From: Octopus vulgaris
Taxonomy: Eukaryota
Assembly: GCA_951406725.2 (NCBI GenBank)
Contig: OX597827.1
Coordinates: 49,786,001-49,850,000, forward strand
Direction: 5' to 3'
DNA length: 64,000 nucleotides
The notes below the pieces were generated by a model. That model saw nothing but the letters and a program-made list of their open reading frames with translations. It had not been told where the DNA came from and made no database searches. Below are positions 1-13,099 of this stretch, in pieces. The translations under genes were made by a program, and so were the position numbers. Position 1 is the stretch's first letter; each line of letters starts with the position of its first letter.

Positions 1-378
1 GTATGTATGTATGTACGTATGTATGTATGTATGTACGTATGTATGTACGTATGTATGTATGTACGTATGTATGTATGTATGTATGTATGTATGTATGTAT
101 GTATGTATGAATGTATGTACGTACGTATGTATGTATGTATGTATGTATGTATGTATGTATGTATGTACATATGTATGAATGTATGTATGTATGAATGTCT
201 GTATGTATGTACGTGTGTATGTATGTATGTATGCATGTATGTACGCGTATGTACATATATATACTACTATATGTGTGTATACACACACACATATATACAT
301 ACATACATACATACATACATACATACATACATACATACATACACGCATGCATACATACATACATACATACATACATAC
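1..378. repeat. (ATGT)n microsatellite switching polarity to (ACAT)n
   Basis: Direct reading; source of the MYVC/HTYI pseudo-ORFs. Confidence 0.95.
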
Positions 379-759
379 CTATATTTGTATTTCGACACAG
401 CATGTCGCTGTGGGTGCAACTATTCGCATTTTTAGAGACATAGAACACACACACACACATGCCTACATAGCCACCCTCATTCTACCCTGCATAAAACTAG
501 GTTACCAGACACAGCCGAGTAGCGAGCCGGAATACAGAGCATTCTCTTCGCTGATGTAATATTAGCAGCAGCAGTAGCTGTAATGGTAAGGTCGTGGGGG
601 TTGTAGTGGTAGTAGCGATAGTGGTGTAGTTTAGTGCGAAGATTACGGCGGAATTCTTGATTACGGAGTGTGTGGGTGCGTTGTTGGACGTGGGCCCGCG
701 AGCTGTGACTAACAGTAGCAGTAGTGGCTGCTGCAGCAGCAACAGCAATAGTAGTACTT

Positions 760-830
<71 letters not shown>
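760..830. repeat. (TAG)n microsatellite
   Basis: Direct reading. Confidence 0.95.
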
Positions 831-835
<5 letters not shown>

Positions 836-1214
836 CAACAATGTAGGCTTGCAGTGGCAGCAATTTTGAGCCCTAGGCCAGCCAAGTCCGGGCAGTCCCT
901 TAATTTTAGAAGTATCGTGTCTAAGTTTGTGGGACATGATTTGAAGGAGACTTGGCTGCTATCTCAGGTGACTATATAGAGGCCATCGAAGTTAAATTAT
1001 CAAAAAAAAAATTATTATAATATTAGTCATTAAATTAATGTCTTTTCCTCACCACATGTGTTTTTTCTAATTATTTAATATTCATTATGTTGACACTTGG
1101 CGGCTAAACAGATTTTCGTCCAACAGTAAGGAAATTGCACTTATAGTGCTGAGAACTTCATGGCTACCATTTTATATCGACGCTTATGCTCCTTTCATAT
1201 CACTCTTCAGGACA

Positions 1215-2447
1215 GAGAGTACTCACGGCGAAGTGAGAAAAATATTGGCTTCAAAGCTGAATGCCAGAAACATAATTTCGGCAATAAACTCGCGCACCGT
1301 CGCAGTAGTTCATTTATGGCGCTGGAATCCTGAAGTGGACAGAGGAGGAGCTAAAGGAGATAGACAGGAAGTCAAGAAAGATCCTAACGATGCATAGAGC
1401 CCATCATCCACGCGAAGACACTGATTGCCTATACATGAAGAGAGCAAATGGAGGAAGGGGACTTATAAGTGTGGAAGACCGCGTGCATATTGAACTCGAG
1501 TGCTTAATGAGTTACCTAGCTCAAAGTAAGGAAACCTTGCTAGTGACAAAAAAAGGGAAAACGAAGGAAGAAGTACAAAAACGACATGAAGAAGAATTAC
1601 GCAAGATGGGACTACATAATCAATTCCATGTAGCCACAAAAGAAGTTGCTGGAAAAATAGGTGGGATTGGCTGATGAAAGGAACCCTAAAAAAAGAGACT
1701 GAAAGCACTATATTGGCAGCGCAGGATCAAGCTCTGGCCACGAACTGGAGGGCCAATCTGAGGAATGAGCAAGTGTTTTCGCTGTGCCCCATCTGCAATA
1801 CAGGGGATGAAACCATTGCCCACATCACGAACGAATGCCCTAGTCTTGTCCAAAACCACTACAGATTGTGGCGACACGACCAGGTAGCGAAAGTGCAACA
1901 TTGGAAACTGTACGAAAAGTGGGGGTCAGAGTGGCAAGACGTGGTATGAACACAAACCACAGACTAGCAAAATTCTCTGGGATTTCTCAATCCAAAATGA
2001 TCAAGTGTTAGAGCATAACAGACTGGTCCTAGTGGTGGTAGACGAAGAGTACGGCATGTGCTATATAGTTGATGTTGCAATCCCATTTGACCCGCGAATA
2101 GTCAAGAAGGAAAGCGAAACGATAGATAAATACAACCTTCTTAAGTACGGAATAGCCCGACTATGGAAAATGAAGAAGATGAAGATGGTGCCAATTGTTA
2201 GGTCTTTGGGAATAGTATCAGAAGGCATGAAGGAGAATGTAAAGGAAATTGGAATAGAATGCCCAGTAGAACTGTTACAAAAGGTTTGCTTCCTTGGCAC
2301 GGCCAGAATAATTAGGAAAGTATTAGATAGCTGAAAAAACGAATAGATACCGTAGGCTGTAGCTAGTAAGACCGCAACGCATGCAAGACTTCAGGTGTCA
2401 CAACAAAACCTGTAATAAAGAGAAAATAGTGATAATAATAATAATAA
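1215..2447 (+). mobile_element. 5'-truncated, frameshifted R4/Dong-type non-LTR retrotransposon (post-RT region, CCHC finger, RLE endonuclease) with (TAA)n end
   Basis: Motifs LYMKRANGGRGLISVED, KETESTILAAQDQAL, CPIC..ETIAHITNEC, RHDQVA, KILWDF, DVAIPFD..K..KY; ends in gataataataataataa. Confidence 0.88.
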
Positions 2448-3190
2448 AGATCAGCTATTGATCAATAAAGCCATAACTGAAGACAGCAATAGGAAAAAGA
2501 AGGGTTTAAGGATTGCTTGGTTTAATTACCGAAATACTTTTCATAGTATTTACCATACATAGATCCTACAAAACACTAGCCATGCACAAGGTAGCACCAA
2601 TAATCATAAAATATATAAAACATTTCATGAATAAGTAGCAAATAATGCTACAGCTCCAGACAAAAGAGGGACTCATAAAAACCAAAGGAATATTCTAAGA
2701 AGACACGCTGTCTCCACTTCTTTTCTGCTTGGCACTCACACTTTTATCTGACATGCTAAACAGAACTGGATGTGGATACAACTATTACGGCAAAACAATC
2801 GGCCACTTCTTATATATGGATGACCTAAAACTGTACGCTATAAATGATAAACAACTAGAAACATTACTACAAACAGTTCATGTATTTACCAAAGAAATAA
2901 ACATGAAATTTGGCTGAGAATAATATTTCAAAGCAACATTGAAAAGAGGAAAACTATTTAAGAGTAGCAACATCATTCTAGATAAAGCAAATGAAATAAG
3001 AAAATTAGACCAAAGCCAGTCATACAAATACTTAGGAATCAATGTACTAGATACGATACAACGCACAAATGAAAGAGAAAATAAAAAAAGAATACTATAG
3101 ACGAGTTAGAGTAATACTGAAAACAGAGCTCAATGCAAAAAACAAGATAATAGGTATTAACACGGTAGCTGTCCATAATAATAATAATAT
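2448..3190 (+). mobile_element. R4/Dong RT-domain fragment
   Basis: DQLLINKAI, HFLYMDDLKLY, YKYLGI, KEYYRRVRVILKTELNAKNKI; ends in (TAA)n. Confidence 0.85.
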
Positions 3191-3419
3191 TTTACTCAAC
3201 TATTTTTTATTTTTCCTTTTTCCCCTGTCTTCCCCTTTTCTCTATCAGACGACTCTGTAAATTAACAATCTGGTGTGCTTGTTTTAATGGTCTACCAATG
3301 TATACAGGACGTTTCTCTGCCCTAGCTGTCAGGAAGACACTCGGCAAGGAATGAAAACAGAATTTGAAAGAAGATGCTAATGAAAATGATAATAATAATA
3401 ATGACAACAACAACAGCAA

Positions 3420-4953
3420 GCGAAACTAAACGGACGGAATAATATTGAAGCTACCAATACCTGGGCGGTTTTACTCCTTGGATATGGAGAAGGGGTGATC
3501 ACATGATTCTGAGGAAAGCAAAAGCTGGGTAAGTATTCAAAAGCTGCCAACAAAAATTAAACCATTTGTTATTCATGGATGACCTCAAACTTTATGGTAA
3601 AGGTGAAGCCCAAGTCAGTTCCCTCGTTGATACGGTGTATACTCTCAGTGCTAATATCAGAATAGAGTTCGGACTGAGAAAGTGTGGTGTGTTAGTCTTG
3701 AAGAGAGGCAAAATCAAATGCATGGACGGGCTAACGGTACCGCCGGGGGAAGTTATGAAGCAGATAGAAGAGACGGGCTATAAGTACTTGGGGATCTTGG
3801 AAATGGATAAATTGATGGAGAAAGAGATGATTTAAGGTGGAGTACTTGCGTAAACTGAGACTGATCCTTAAGCCGAAATTAAACAGACGGAATAAGATCG
3901 AAGCTATCAACACCTGGGCGGTTTCGCTCCTTAGATATGGAGCAGGAGTAATCGCATGGACAGTAGACGAAATAAACAGCTTAGACAGAAAGACAAGGAA
4001 GTTGCTAACTAGATATGGGACACTCTACCCAAAAAGTGACACAGACAAACTGTATATACCAAGAAAAAGAGGGTAAGAGGATTTATTGGATGCGAACACA
4101 GCATTAGAGCAGAAGAAAACAATATAGCATGGTATGTAAAAAATTCCACAGCCTTCTGTAGGATGAAAGATGGCAAAAATAAAGCACTGTACAAGCAATT
4201 GAAAACGAATGAAACTGAGAATGGGTGGGTAAAGAAAAGAATGCATGGACAATTTCATAGGGATGTTGAAGACAGAGAAAAAAGATTGCTGTGGATGACT
4301 AAAAGTGATTTAAAACCGGAAACGGAGACTCTAATCTGTGCTGCATCAGAAAGTGATAAGTGCAGAATCTGTGGACAAAATGGTGAAACCGTGTGGTATA
4401 TTACCAGTCAATGTAGGTCACTAACCAAGAAGGAATATAAGAGACGTCGCGACAATGCAGCAAGGCTTGTCCATTTGACACTTTGCAACAAGTATGAACT
4501 TGACGGAGCAAAAACTTGGTACGACTACAAACCCGAAGGCGTCATAGAAAATGATAATGCAAAGACCCTGTGGGATTTTATGATTCAGTGCGACTATGAG
4601 ATAGAGAATAGGAAGCCAGACATAGTCTTAATTGATAAAGAAAGCAAGCTATGCTGGATCATAAATATAGCATGCCCAGCTGACAACAAGGCATGCGATA
4701 AGGAAGAAAGAAAAGTCGATAGATACGACAGGTTTGCTTGAGAGGTTAAGCAGTTGTTGAGAAGTACATGGAACAAATTGGGGCTGCAATAAGGGTGGAG
4801 TACTTGTAGAAAACAGTACTGCTGAAACCGATCGAATACTCCAGATGGTGCTCGAAAAAGACGAGGTGTTACCTTAGTTCATTGGTAGCGAACAGCTGAC
4901 ACTAGTACACCTCCAGCGTTAGAAGCTGTGCAAAGGTAATAATAATAATAATG

Positions 4954-5001
<48 letters not shown>

Positions 5002-5002
5002 T
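3420..5002 (+). mobile_element. Decayed R4/Dong element (RT C-terminus to RLE) with long (TAA)n tail
   Basis: LFMDDLKLYG, YKYLGILE, MHGQF, KPETETLICAA, CRICG, TLWDFMIQCD..RKPDIVLID; (TAA)n at about 4937-5000. Confidence 0.88.
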
Positions 5003-5447
5003 AACAGAGCATAGAATGTAAGAAATTCCACAGAACCACTATTATTGCAAGTAAGAACGATCAGTCTTGTGTAGGATGGGAGATTACAAAAATAAAGCTC
5101 TGTACAAGCACTTGAGAATGAATGGAAGTGAAAATTGGTGGATAAAGAAAAGAATGTATGGACAATTTCGTAGGGATGTTGAAGATAAGACAGACAGAGA
5201 AAAATGATGGCCATGGATTAGTAAAAGTGATTTAAAACCAGAAATGGACGCTCTAATCTGTGCTGCCCAAGAGCAAGCATTAAGAACCAATTACATCAAA
5301 TACAGAACAGCAACACATCAGAAAGTGCAGAGTTTGTGGATAAAATGAGGAAGCCGTATGGTATATTACCAGTCAGTGTACGCCACTAGCTCAGAAGGAA
5401 TATAAGAGACGTCACGACAATATGGCAAGTATTGTCCATTGGGCACT
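5003..5447 (+). mobile_element. Further R4/Dong fragment, a diverged sister of about 4100-4480
   Basis: Nucleotide similarity to the preceding copy (e.g. aaaagtgatttaaaacc, aaggaatataagagacgtc); ICAAQEQALRTN motif. Confidence 0.8.
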
Positions 5448-5454
5448 AAGGTTG

Positions 5455-6050
5455 GACATGTAGAGATTCCCATTTGGTGTACGCGGCAGAGTGCACGAAA
5501 CACAATTTGATTTATGTTAGTTGTACAACAGAACAATTAAACAAAAGGTTTAATGGGAACATATTCGACCTCAGGCACAATAGCAGTAGTTCGATGGAAC
5601 ATGCCGAACATTTCGTTTCAAACGGCTACAATTTTGAGAAAGACTTGAAAATGCATATTCTCAGAAAATATTCTGAATCTACTTCACTTTCACTTCTCAG
5701 AATGCATGAGGAGAAATTTGTTTGCGGGTTATTAATATCACGCCCTGGAGGAATGACAGGAGAATATCATCAAATATATACACAACTTTTTGAGTAAATA
5801 TTCTTCTATTTCTTTTTTTCTGTCTTTCTTCTGTCTTCATTTTATCGGTCTTTTTTTTTGGTCATTTTTTTCTTTGCGCCTGTTATAAGATTGAAACTTA
5901 ATGACTGATGATGTCATTCCATCAACGTGTGGATGCTGGTTGCTCTCGTTCATACTTTACATTTAAATTTCTGTAATTTTTAATTTTTATCACTTCTTAT
6001 TGACTAAGACAGACTTACTGTTGAAATATCGTTCAACCAATAAATTTTAA
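5455..6050 (+). mobile_element. Penelope-like element 3' end: GIY-YIG endonuclease remnant plus tail
   Basis: LVYAAECTKHNLIYVSCTTEQLNKRFNG matches the VY..C..C...Y(I/V)G.T...L..RF..H pattern in degenerate form; AATAAA near 6038. Confidence 0.7.
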
Positions 6051-6689
6051 CTGAGCCCCATGCGCTGTTTATCTTGATATGAGATCACCATGTTGCGCAC
6101 ATATGGTTGTGATGCATCTGCCTGGTGTACCCTTATCAGACTGGTAGTCATGATGGGTATACTGGGCTTCGTATTTTTTACCCCAGTGTCACTTTGATGG
6201 CATGCACTGCTCTCTGTCTCAATAATAACAACAACAACAATAATAACAACATGGATGTGCTGCTGCGGAATAACATGGATGTGCTACACCGGGCTTTTCC
6301 TTCAAAAACAAATCTAATCTAATAACATTGGTGGAATGGGATAAAGAAACCTGTAGAAGATTTGAAGGTAGCGGCATGTTAACGAAAATAATCATAAAAA
6401 CGAAATTTTACTGCCATACAAAGCACAGTTTCTCCTAAGCACGATATCTCAGTGAAAGATGAGCGAAACACACGTGAGAAATCAACATCCGAATGTTTAC
6501 AAATTATAAAATTTAAATGGAAGAAACAGTAAGTACATAAATTGATTAATTACGCATACACTTGAATGTAAATGACTATACATACACCTCAATGTTTACA
6601 CAACTACATGAAATTTACAGGACATACATAAACGGATATGAAAACACGTATCACAAACGAAGCAAAAAAACAAACAAAACAAAACAGGA

Positions 6690-8740
6690 ACTCAAGCAAA
6701 TGGAAGTCTTTAGGAAAGGATAACATTCCCAACTTCCTGTTGAATGCCTTCCCAGAGAGCCATGAACTACTAACAAAACTTTACAACAATGTTTTGCAAC
6801 AACCTAGTATGATTCCCTCTTGGCTAGTTAATGGTGTAACATTCCTACTTCCAAAAAATGAAGAAACAAATGAACCCAAAACTTACAGACCCATGACCTG
6901 CTTAACAACAAGGCATAACATCTGTGTTGACTGAATATATCTATAGTTTTAGAGTGTGGCCAACCACTAGAATACGTTAAACACTTCTCATAGCTTGGGA
7001 GTATTCTTTCGAAGAATCCCACGTGTGAAAAGGACTTGGAGAACCGGATTAGGGCAGCCCACTCCACCTTCGGTAGATTCAGCCAACGTGTATTCTTCAG
7101 TCACGCACTGACCATCCGGACAAAGATCATGGTCTTCCGTGCTATTGTCCTTTCAACTCTTCTCTACGCTTGTGAATCTTGGACGCTGTACCACCGTGAC
7201 TTCAAGCGTCTTGAAAGCTTCCAGCAATTCAAGCCACGACATATTCTCAATATTCGATGGGCAGATAATATTATCAACAATGAGGCTCTTCGGTGCTCCT
7301 TAATACCAAGCGTCGAAGCCACCATTCTTCGCCATCGTCTCCGCTGGGTAGGTCACGTCCAGCGTATGGAGCCCTCTCGTCTCACGAGGATCATGCTCTA
7401 CAGAGAACTTACAATCGGAATAAGACCCAGAGGAGGCCCGAAATTCCGTTTTAAAGACCATCTCAAAGGAAACCTAGCTCAAACTAACATCCAGCCATCC
7501 TCATGGGAACAGATTGCCATGGATAGGAGAGCCTGGAGGACTGCTATTCGCAATGGAGCCAGCTCCTTCGAACAGAACAGACAACAGAATGAGGAAGTAA
7601 AACGCAGGAGAAGAAAGGATCGTCTTCATCATCCTCGACCCGCACCGATCATCCTGTGCAAATTCTGCCCACGACTCTTTCACCGCCGACTTGGACTCCA
7701 AAGTCACATTCGGCACAAATATCTGCCGAGGAGACTGGATGGAGACTCACGAACCCAATGCTCCGATACGAGCTGGAGCCGACGTTAGTTTTTTTAATAT
7801 AAGGTGGCATATTCCCTAAAGAACAAAAAGGATTTAAACGTGGGTCATATGATTGTAAAGATCAGCGACTCATCACTGGAATGATCTTGGAAGATTGTCA
7901 CAAACGACACAGAAATTTGTCGATAGCCTGGATAGACTATATAAAAGCTTTTGATAGTCTACCACATAGCTGGATTAAGAAATATCTGGAAATGTATAAA
8001 ATCGCACCTATTCTGCGAAACTTCTTGTCTGTAAGTATGAGGTTATCAGAACCACACTGACTTTGCACAGTGACAATGAATCTCTCAATGTTGGAGATGT
8101 AAGAATTTCATGTGGCATTTTCCAGGGTGACTCTCTATCACTACTCCTCTTTTGTCTAACCTTAATGCCTCTCTCAAAATTGCTCGATAATGTACAATAT
8201 GGTTATAAAATGTTTGATAAAAATATAAATCATCTCATTTACATGGATGATTTAAAGCTTTTTAAAAAATATGATCAACAAATACAGGGCTTTCTAGCAA
8301 ATGTTAAACAGTTCAGTGATGACATCAGGATGCAAAAGCTACCTTTATCAAAAAGAAAATCACAGAAACATCCAACGTTAATCTTGACCAGCAGAATATC
8401 ATAAAGGAGTTACAGCCAGGGTAAAGTTACAAATACCTAGGAATATTTGAAGTGGATGGTATCAAACATTCAGTGATAAGAGAATGGTATCAAATGGTAT
8501 CAAACATTCAGAAGAGAATGTTATCGACGGGTAAGGGCAATACTCAAGACAGAGCTGAATGCAAAAAACAGGATCGAGGCGTTCAATACTTTATCCATAC
8601 CTGTCGTGACTTATAGTTTCAATATCATTAACTGGTCAATTACTGAAATAATATGAAAGTTTGGACTTGACAGAGCAAAACATTGGTACGACCATAAACT
8701 CGGTGTCATCGAAAATGATAATGCAAAGATCCTACGGGAT
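6690..8740 (+). mobile_element. R4/Dong RT region interrupted by an RTE insertion
   Basis: WKSLGKDNIPNF, TFLLPK..YRPMTCL; resumes with KEQKG, WIDYIKAFDSLPH, GIFQGDSLS, HLIYMDDLKL. Confidence 0.85.
6951..7785 (+). mobile_element. 5'-truncated RTE-clade LINE nested in the Dong element; TSD TAGTTTT
   Basis: 250-aa ORF 7036-7788 with LLYACESW, LRWVGHVQRM, RPRGGPKFRFKD, DRRAWR and a C2H2 tail; TAGTTTT at 6944-6950 and 7786-7792. Confidence 0.88.
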
Positions 8741-9183
8741 TTTATGTGTGTGTGTGTCTCGAACACCCCATCAAACACACACACACACACACACTCTCTC
8801 TCTCTCTCTCTCACATACACACGCACGCACATCAAATCTTCCGATCAAGGTCAAAAGATCAAAAGATCCCATTTTCCCCCAACCCCATATGTAAAGATAT
8901 ATATGTATACACATTATATATATATTTATATACACTCATATATATATAAACACAATATATCTGATTAATAATATCTGTTATGATTGTGCGATGGTGGTAG
9001 GCGATAATATGTCACCGTTTTAAAATACGGGAATATTTAAACTGTTGCTACTGTCACGCTCTCTCTGTATACATAGAGGTAGAAGTACAGTGAGAAAGGT
9101 GGTGGAGAAAGAGTGACAGAGAAACGGCGAAGCTGTGAAACGTCGTTATAGAGAGAAAGTTATAGAGAAAGTGAAGACAGACG

Positions 9184-9225
<42 letters not shown>

Positions 9226-9388
9226 GAAGTGAAGGAAAGAGTGGCAGCGCTGGCGAAGACGGCGAGGGAAAGATAGTGGAAACTTCAAACGTCGTTATAG
9301 AGAATGTGAAGGGAGGGGAGGAAAGAGAGAGATAGAAGAAGAAAGGGTGATAACCATTAGAGAGAAAAAACAAACACTTGTCAATTTT

Positions 9389-10109
9389 CACTCTCTTTGC
9401 CATAGCAACTACATCTTTATAGCTTGCAAATTTTAACCATCGCAGGTCGGATCATCACCACACATTTAGTACCCTTGCCAATTTTCAGCTCGATCCTAGT
9501 ACGTCTAGTGCCATTGAATCCTTACCAAAGCCAAAGTGTCAAGTTTTTTCCTCTTTTATATAGGTAGACAAGAGGAGAGACCACTCAGTGGTTCCCTTAT
9601 ATGCTAAAGATAATATTAATTTCTACTCTTATCCTTTATCATACTTTGCTACCTTTTATACTATCAGGTTTGGTGAAATTATTTTAAAAATTATTAATTG
9701 CTTTTTTTACTACTTTTTTGATTTCTTTATGTTCGATTGAATTAACAACCAACTCACACGCTCGTATGCACGCACATACACACACAAACACACACACATG
9801 CACACACGCATATACACACACTCACGCACACACGCACGTATGCGCACATATTATGCACATGCACATATTATTTCGCAACAGAGAAGTAATCTTGATATTT
9901 ATGTACAGTCGTTACTTGTAAATGTAATCGTTGAAACTGCTGAGTTGTTCCCCTTACAACGTATCTATTTCTGAGTGCTGAAATATTTTTTAAAAAATCA
10001 CTCTTTTTGCCATAGCAACCATATCTTTACAGTTTGCTAATTTTAACCATCACTGGTCTCATTTTCACTACGCATTTAGTATCCCTGCCAATTTTCAGCT
10101 CGATCCTAG
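9389..10109. repeat. Diverged direct repeat of about 110 bp (9389-9499 and 9999-10109), probably non-autonomous TE fragments
   Basis: cactct.tttgccatagcaac...gccaattttcagctcgatcctag occurs twice. Confidence 0.7.
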
Positions 10110-10172
10110 CCTCGATTTGGCGGCCATGAAACGTCAAATCAAAACGTGCATACAATTTTCGTCCAAAGACGG

Positions 10173-10234
<62 letters not shown>

Positions 10235-10249
<15 letters not shown>

Positions 10250-10380
10250 GATTTTGCAAGGACTAGAGAGTCAGAGATGATGTGGTCAATTGTCTCATTG
10301 TGCTGGTTGCACATTCTGTATTTGGTGTTAGGACCTGTTTTCATTACTTTGCTTTTTTAGTTGTTTGTGATCATGCATTG
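10235..10380 (-). mobile_element. R4/Dong CCHC-finger fragment
   Basis: KYRMCNQHNETIDHIISDSLVLAKSEY. Confidence 0.65.
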
Positions 10381-10449
10381 GTATTGTGCAGCGAGTTATT
10401 TCATTATTTTTTGTCGTTATTGTTGTGGTTGATATTGTTATTATTATTA

Positions 10450-11825
10450 TGCTTATTATATGTCTACTAAAATTAATAGTATTAGTATATATATATATAT
10501 TTGGTAATAGTTTTAGTAACGTTAAATAAATAATTTTGACTATGTAGTAAAAAATGTTTTCTTTATGTACTGTTTATTTATAATGATAATATGTACTTTA
10601 TTTATTCAATTAATGAGCGAAGTATTTAATCTAAATATAAATTACTTTACTTATATAATAAGTTTAATTTATTATTTTAGCATTTGTTATATATTTGTTA
10701 TAAATGACAATCTAGTTTATATATTAGTCAAAATGTATTTGTATCATATATTTCGAATTAGATTTATTTAGATGTTTATTTAATTAATTAATATAATTTA
10801 TTAATGAATATTCATTACATTACAGTTTTTAAATTAACTTAAGTTTATTAATTTGTAGTTATAATATAGTTATTGATTGAATTAGTATTGAGTTAATATA
10901 GAATGAGTCTAAAAGTTGTTTTGCCTAAATAAAGGTTTGGCTCCAACGTAACCATATTTATATATATGAAATAAATAAATTTGTATAAGATTATTAGAGA
11001 ATATACAGTAAATAGTAGTTAAATATATTATTTTAATTTATGGAGATTTTAGTATAATTTATCGTAGTTAAATCTAAATTTTAGTTTTATAGGGAAAGAT
11101 ATTATAGTGTATAGTGATTCTATACTCTATTAGTGACTTTATTCTCTTTGTCTATTAAAACTAAAATATATTCGTAGTTTTCATTGATAAAATGTATATT
11201 TCCATCTGTTTGTTCTATTTCTGTAAACAACGTAATTCCACGAGTTTTTATAAACGCTTAATAAGAAATTTTTTAGTTAATGATACGCTTTTTGAGAGAT
11301 AAGTAAACTTTGATAATTTAAGAAATATTATTGTACTCTATATAACTATTGATTGTTAAATATAAATTTATAATTTTTTTATCTGTTAATGATAATTTAG
11401 ATATGTACATTTATTTAATTATTTGTAGTTTATAATTATTATATCTGAACGTAAATTTTAAGATATTAGTCATATTGCAATCTAGATCTCTATTATACTT
11501 AACCTGAAGATTGACTATAATTTAAAATTGAATTCATTTCAATTAAATTTAAATTTAATTGTAATTCGAATTTAATTATAGCCATAAAACGTACGTAGTT
11601 TTTTTAACTTATATATTGATTATTCACTTTTATACTTTTTGTGATCTAGTTATATGTTTTATAAAACTATATTTTATTTATTATTTATGTTTTCGTTCAT
11701 GTCTCTCATTGTTTGAATTGCATAATAGTGGTTTTATCTCTAATTTATATTTTATATATTTATATTGTGAAATTTGATTTAATACTAAATTGAATTTTTC
11801 CCTGCAAGTTTGAAGTTATACTCCC

Positions 11826-11830
<5 letters not shown>
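10450..11830. other. Non-repetitive, extremely AT-rich island (visually above 80% AT) of unknown origin
   Basis: Abrupt compositional shift, bounded by (TA)n-type repeats, with no recognisable TE motifs. Confidence 0.75.
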
Positions 11831-11862
<32 letters not shown>

Positions 11863-11931
11863 AGAGAGAGAGAGAGAGAGAGAGATTGTGTGCGTGCGTG
11901 TGTGTGTGTGTGTGTATGTATGTGTGTGCGC

Positions 11932-11975
<44 letters not shown>

Positions 11976-12663
11976 ACACATATACACACATACTGAAAAT
12001 ATGTACGTATATGCATTTATGTACGCTTGTATATGAGTATATATGTGTTTATGTATGTATGCATGTATGCATGTATGCATGGATGTATGTATATATGTAG
12101 ATGTATGTATGAATGCATGTATATATGCATGTGCTTGTGTATGCATGTGTGTGCGTGCGTGCGTGAGCGACGTGTGTATTAATAAATGTGCATTTCTATG
12201 CCTGTGTCTTAATTCATGGGCTCATACCCCAGGGAATTTTTCCCTCACGACTTGCTCATATTTGTAAAATCAGAGTAACCACGTTACTGTTTCTGTACTA
12301 CTTTCGGCCAGCGAATCAAATTCGGATCACCCTCTAGACTAGAAAAAATGCGGACTAAATTTATGATAATGGAAGTAAAAGTACAGAGGGTAAATGAGCT
12401 GGATGTAAACTGGAGAATAATATTTAACCTATCCAGAAACAGGATGTCAAGCAGTGACATTAATAAACATATTTGAAATTCTTTTGTCTTTTATATATGT
12501 CTCGGCTGCAAAACATTCTTCATGTTTGTTTGGGATACAGTGGCACTGAACACCAATTTTTTTGTAAATCAGCTTCTTTTCATCTTGAAGAAATCTAGAG
12601 AGCTGTCAGTTTCTTTATGTCAAGTTCAGTATTATTCGTGTTGTTATTCCCTTATGTTCCAGC

Positions 12664-13090
12664 AGATCTTTTCGGTTTGAACGGCAGTTTTTTTCTAGCG
12701 GTGTCATATGAAATTGTCACCCATAGTTTTGACCCTAGTATCGATCTATTGCATTTCAATCTGTTTTAGGGTTAGGGTTAGTTAGGGTTAGGGGTGGAGG
12801 GAAGGGTATCTTTTTTTCTTCACAAATGTAAATAAACCCAATCTGTTTCTTAAACGAGGGACATATTCATACGGCACAGAATGCTTTTTAGCTCAATAGA
12901 CGTCACTGATTGGTTGAAATTGCAGAAATTGAAGAAAAAAACAACAAATATCTTGCAAACTATAAAATTTTCTCAATAAAGCCAAGAGAAAAAGATGTTT
13001 TATAAACACATTCTACCAGTATGCGAAGTTTAAAATTTTTCAGTTACCTAGAAATTATGTTAAAAACTGCCGTTCAAACCGAAAAGATCC
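12664..13090. mobile_element. MITE with about 28-bp TIRs, 8-bp TSD and internal TTAGGG repeats
   Basis: TIR (G/A)GATCTTTTCGGTTTGAACGGCAGTTTT at both ends; TSD GTTCCAGC at 12656-12663 and 13091-13098. Confidence 0.92.
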
Positions 13091-13099
13091 GTTCCAGCT

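Noticed and set aside
7-937. ORFs of 126-146 aa (MYVC, HTYI, poly-T/L/S)
   Set aside because: Translations of microsatellites; the same applies to the IYIY, CVCV, THTH, poly-I and poly-V ORFs throughout, e.g. 54891-56680
10450-11830. Mitochondrial insertion (NUMT)
   Set aside because: No recognisable mitochondrial protein, rRNA or tRNA motifs; TAA/TAG remain stops in the invertebrate mitochondrial code
12766-12795. TTAGGG repeats as a telomere or fusion site
   Set aside because: Only a few units, internal to a MITE that occurs twice
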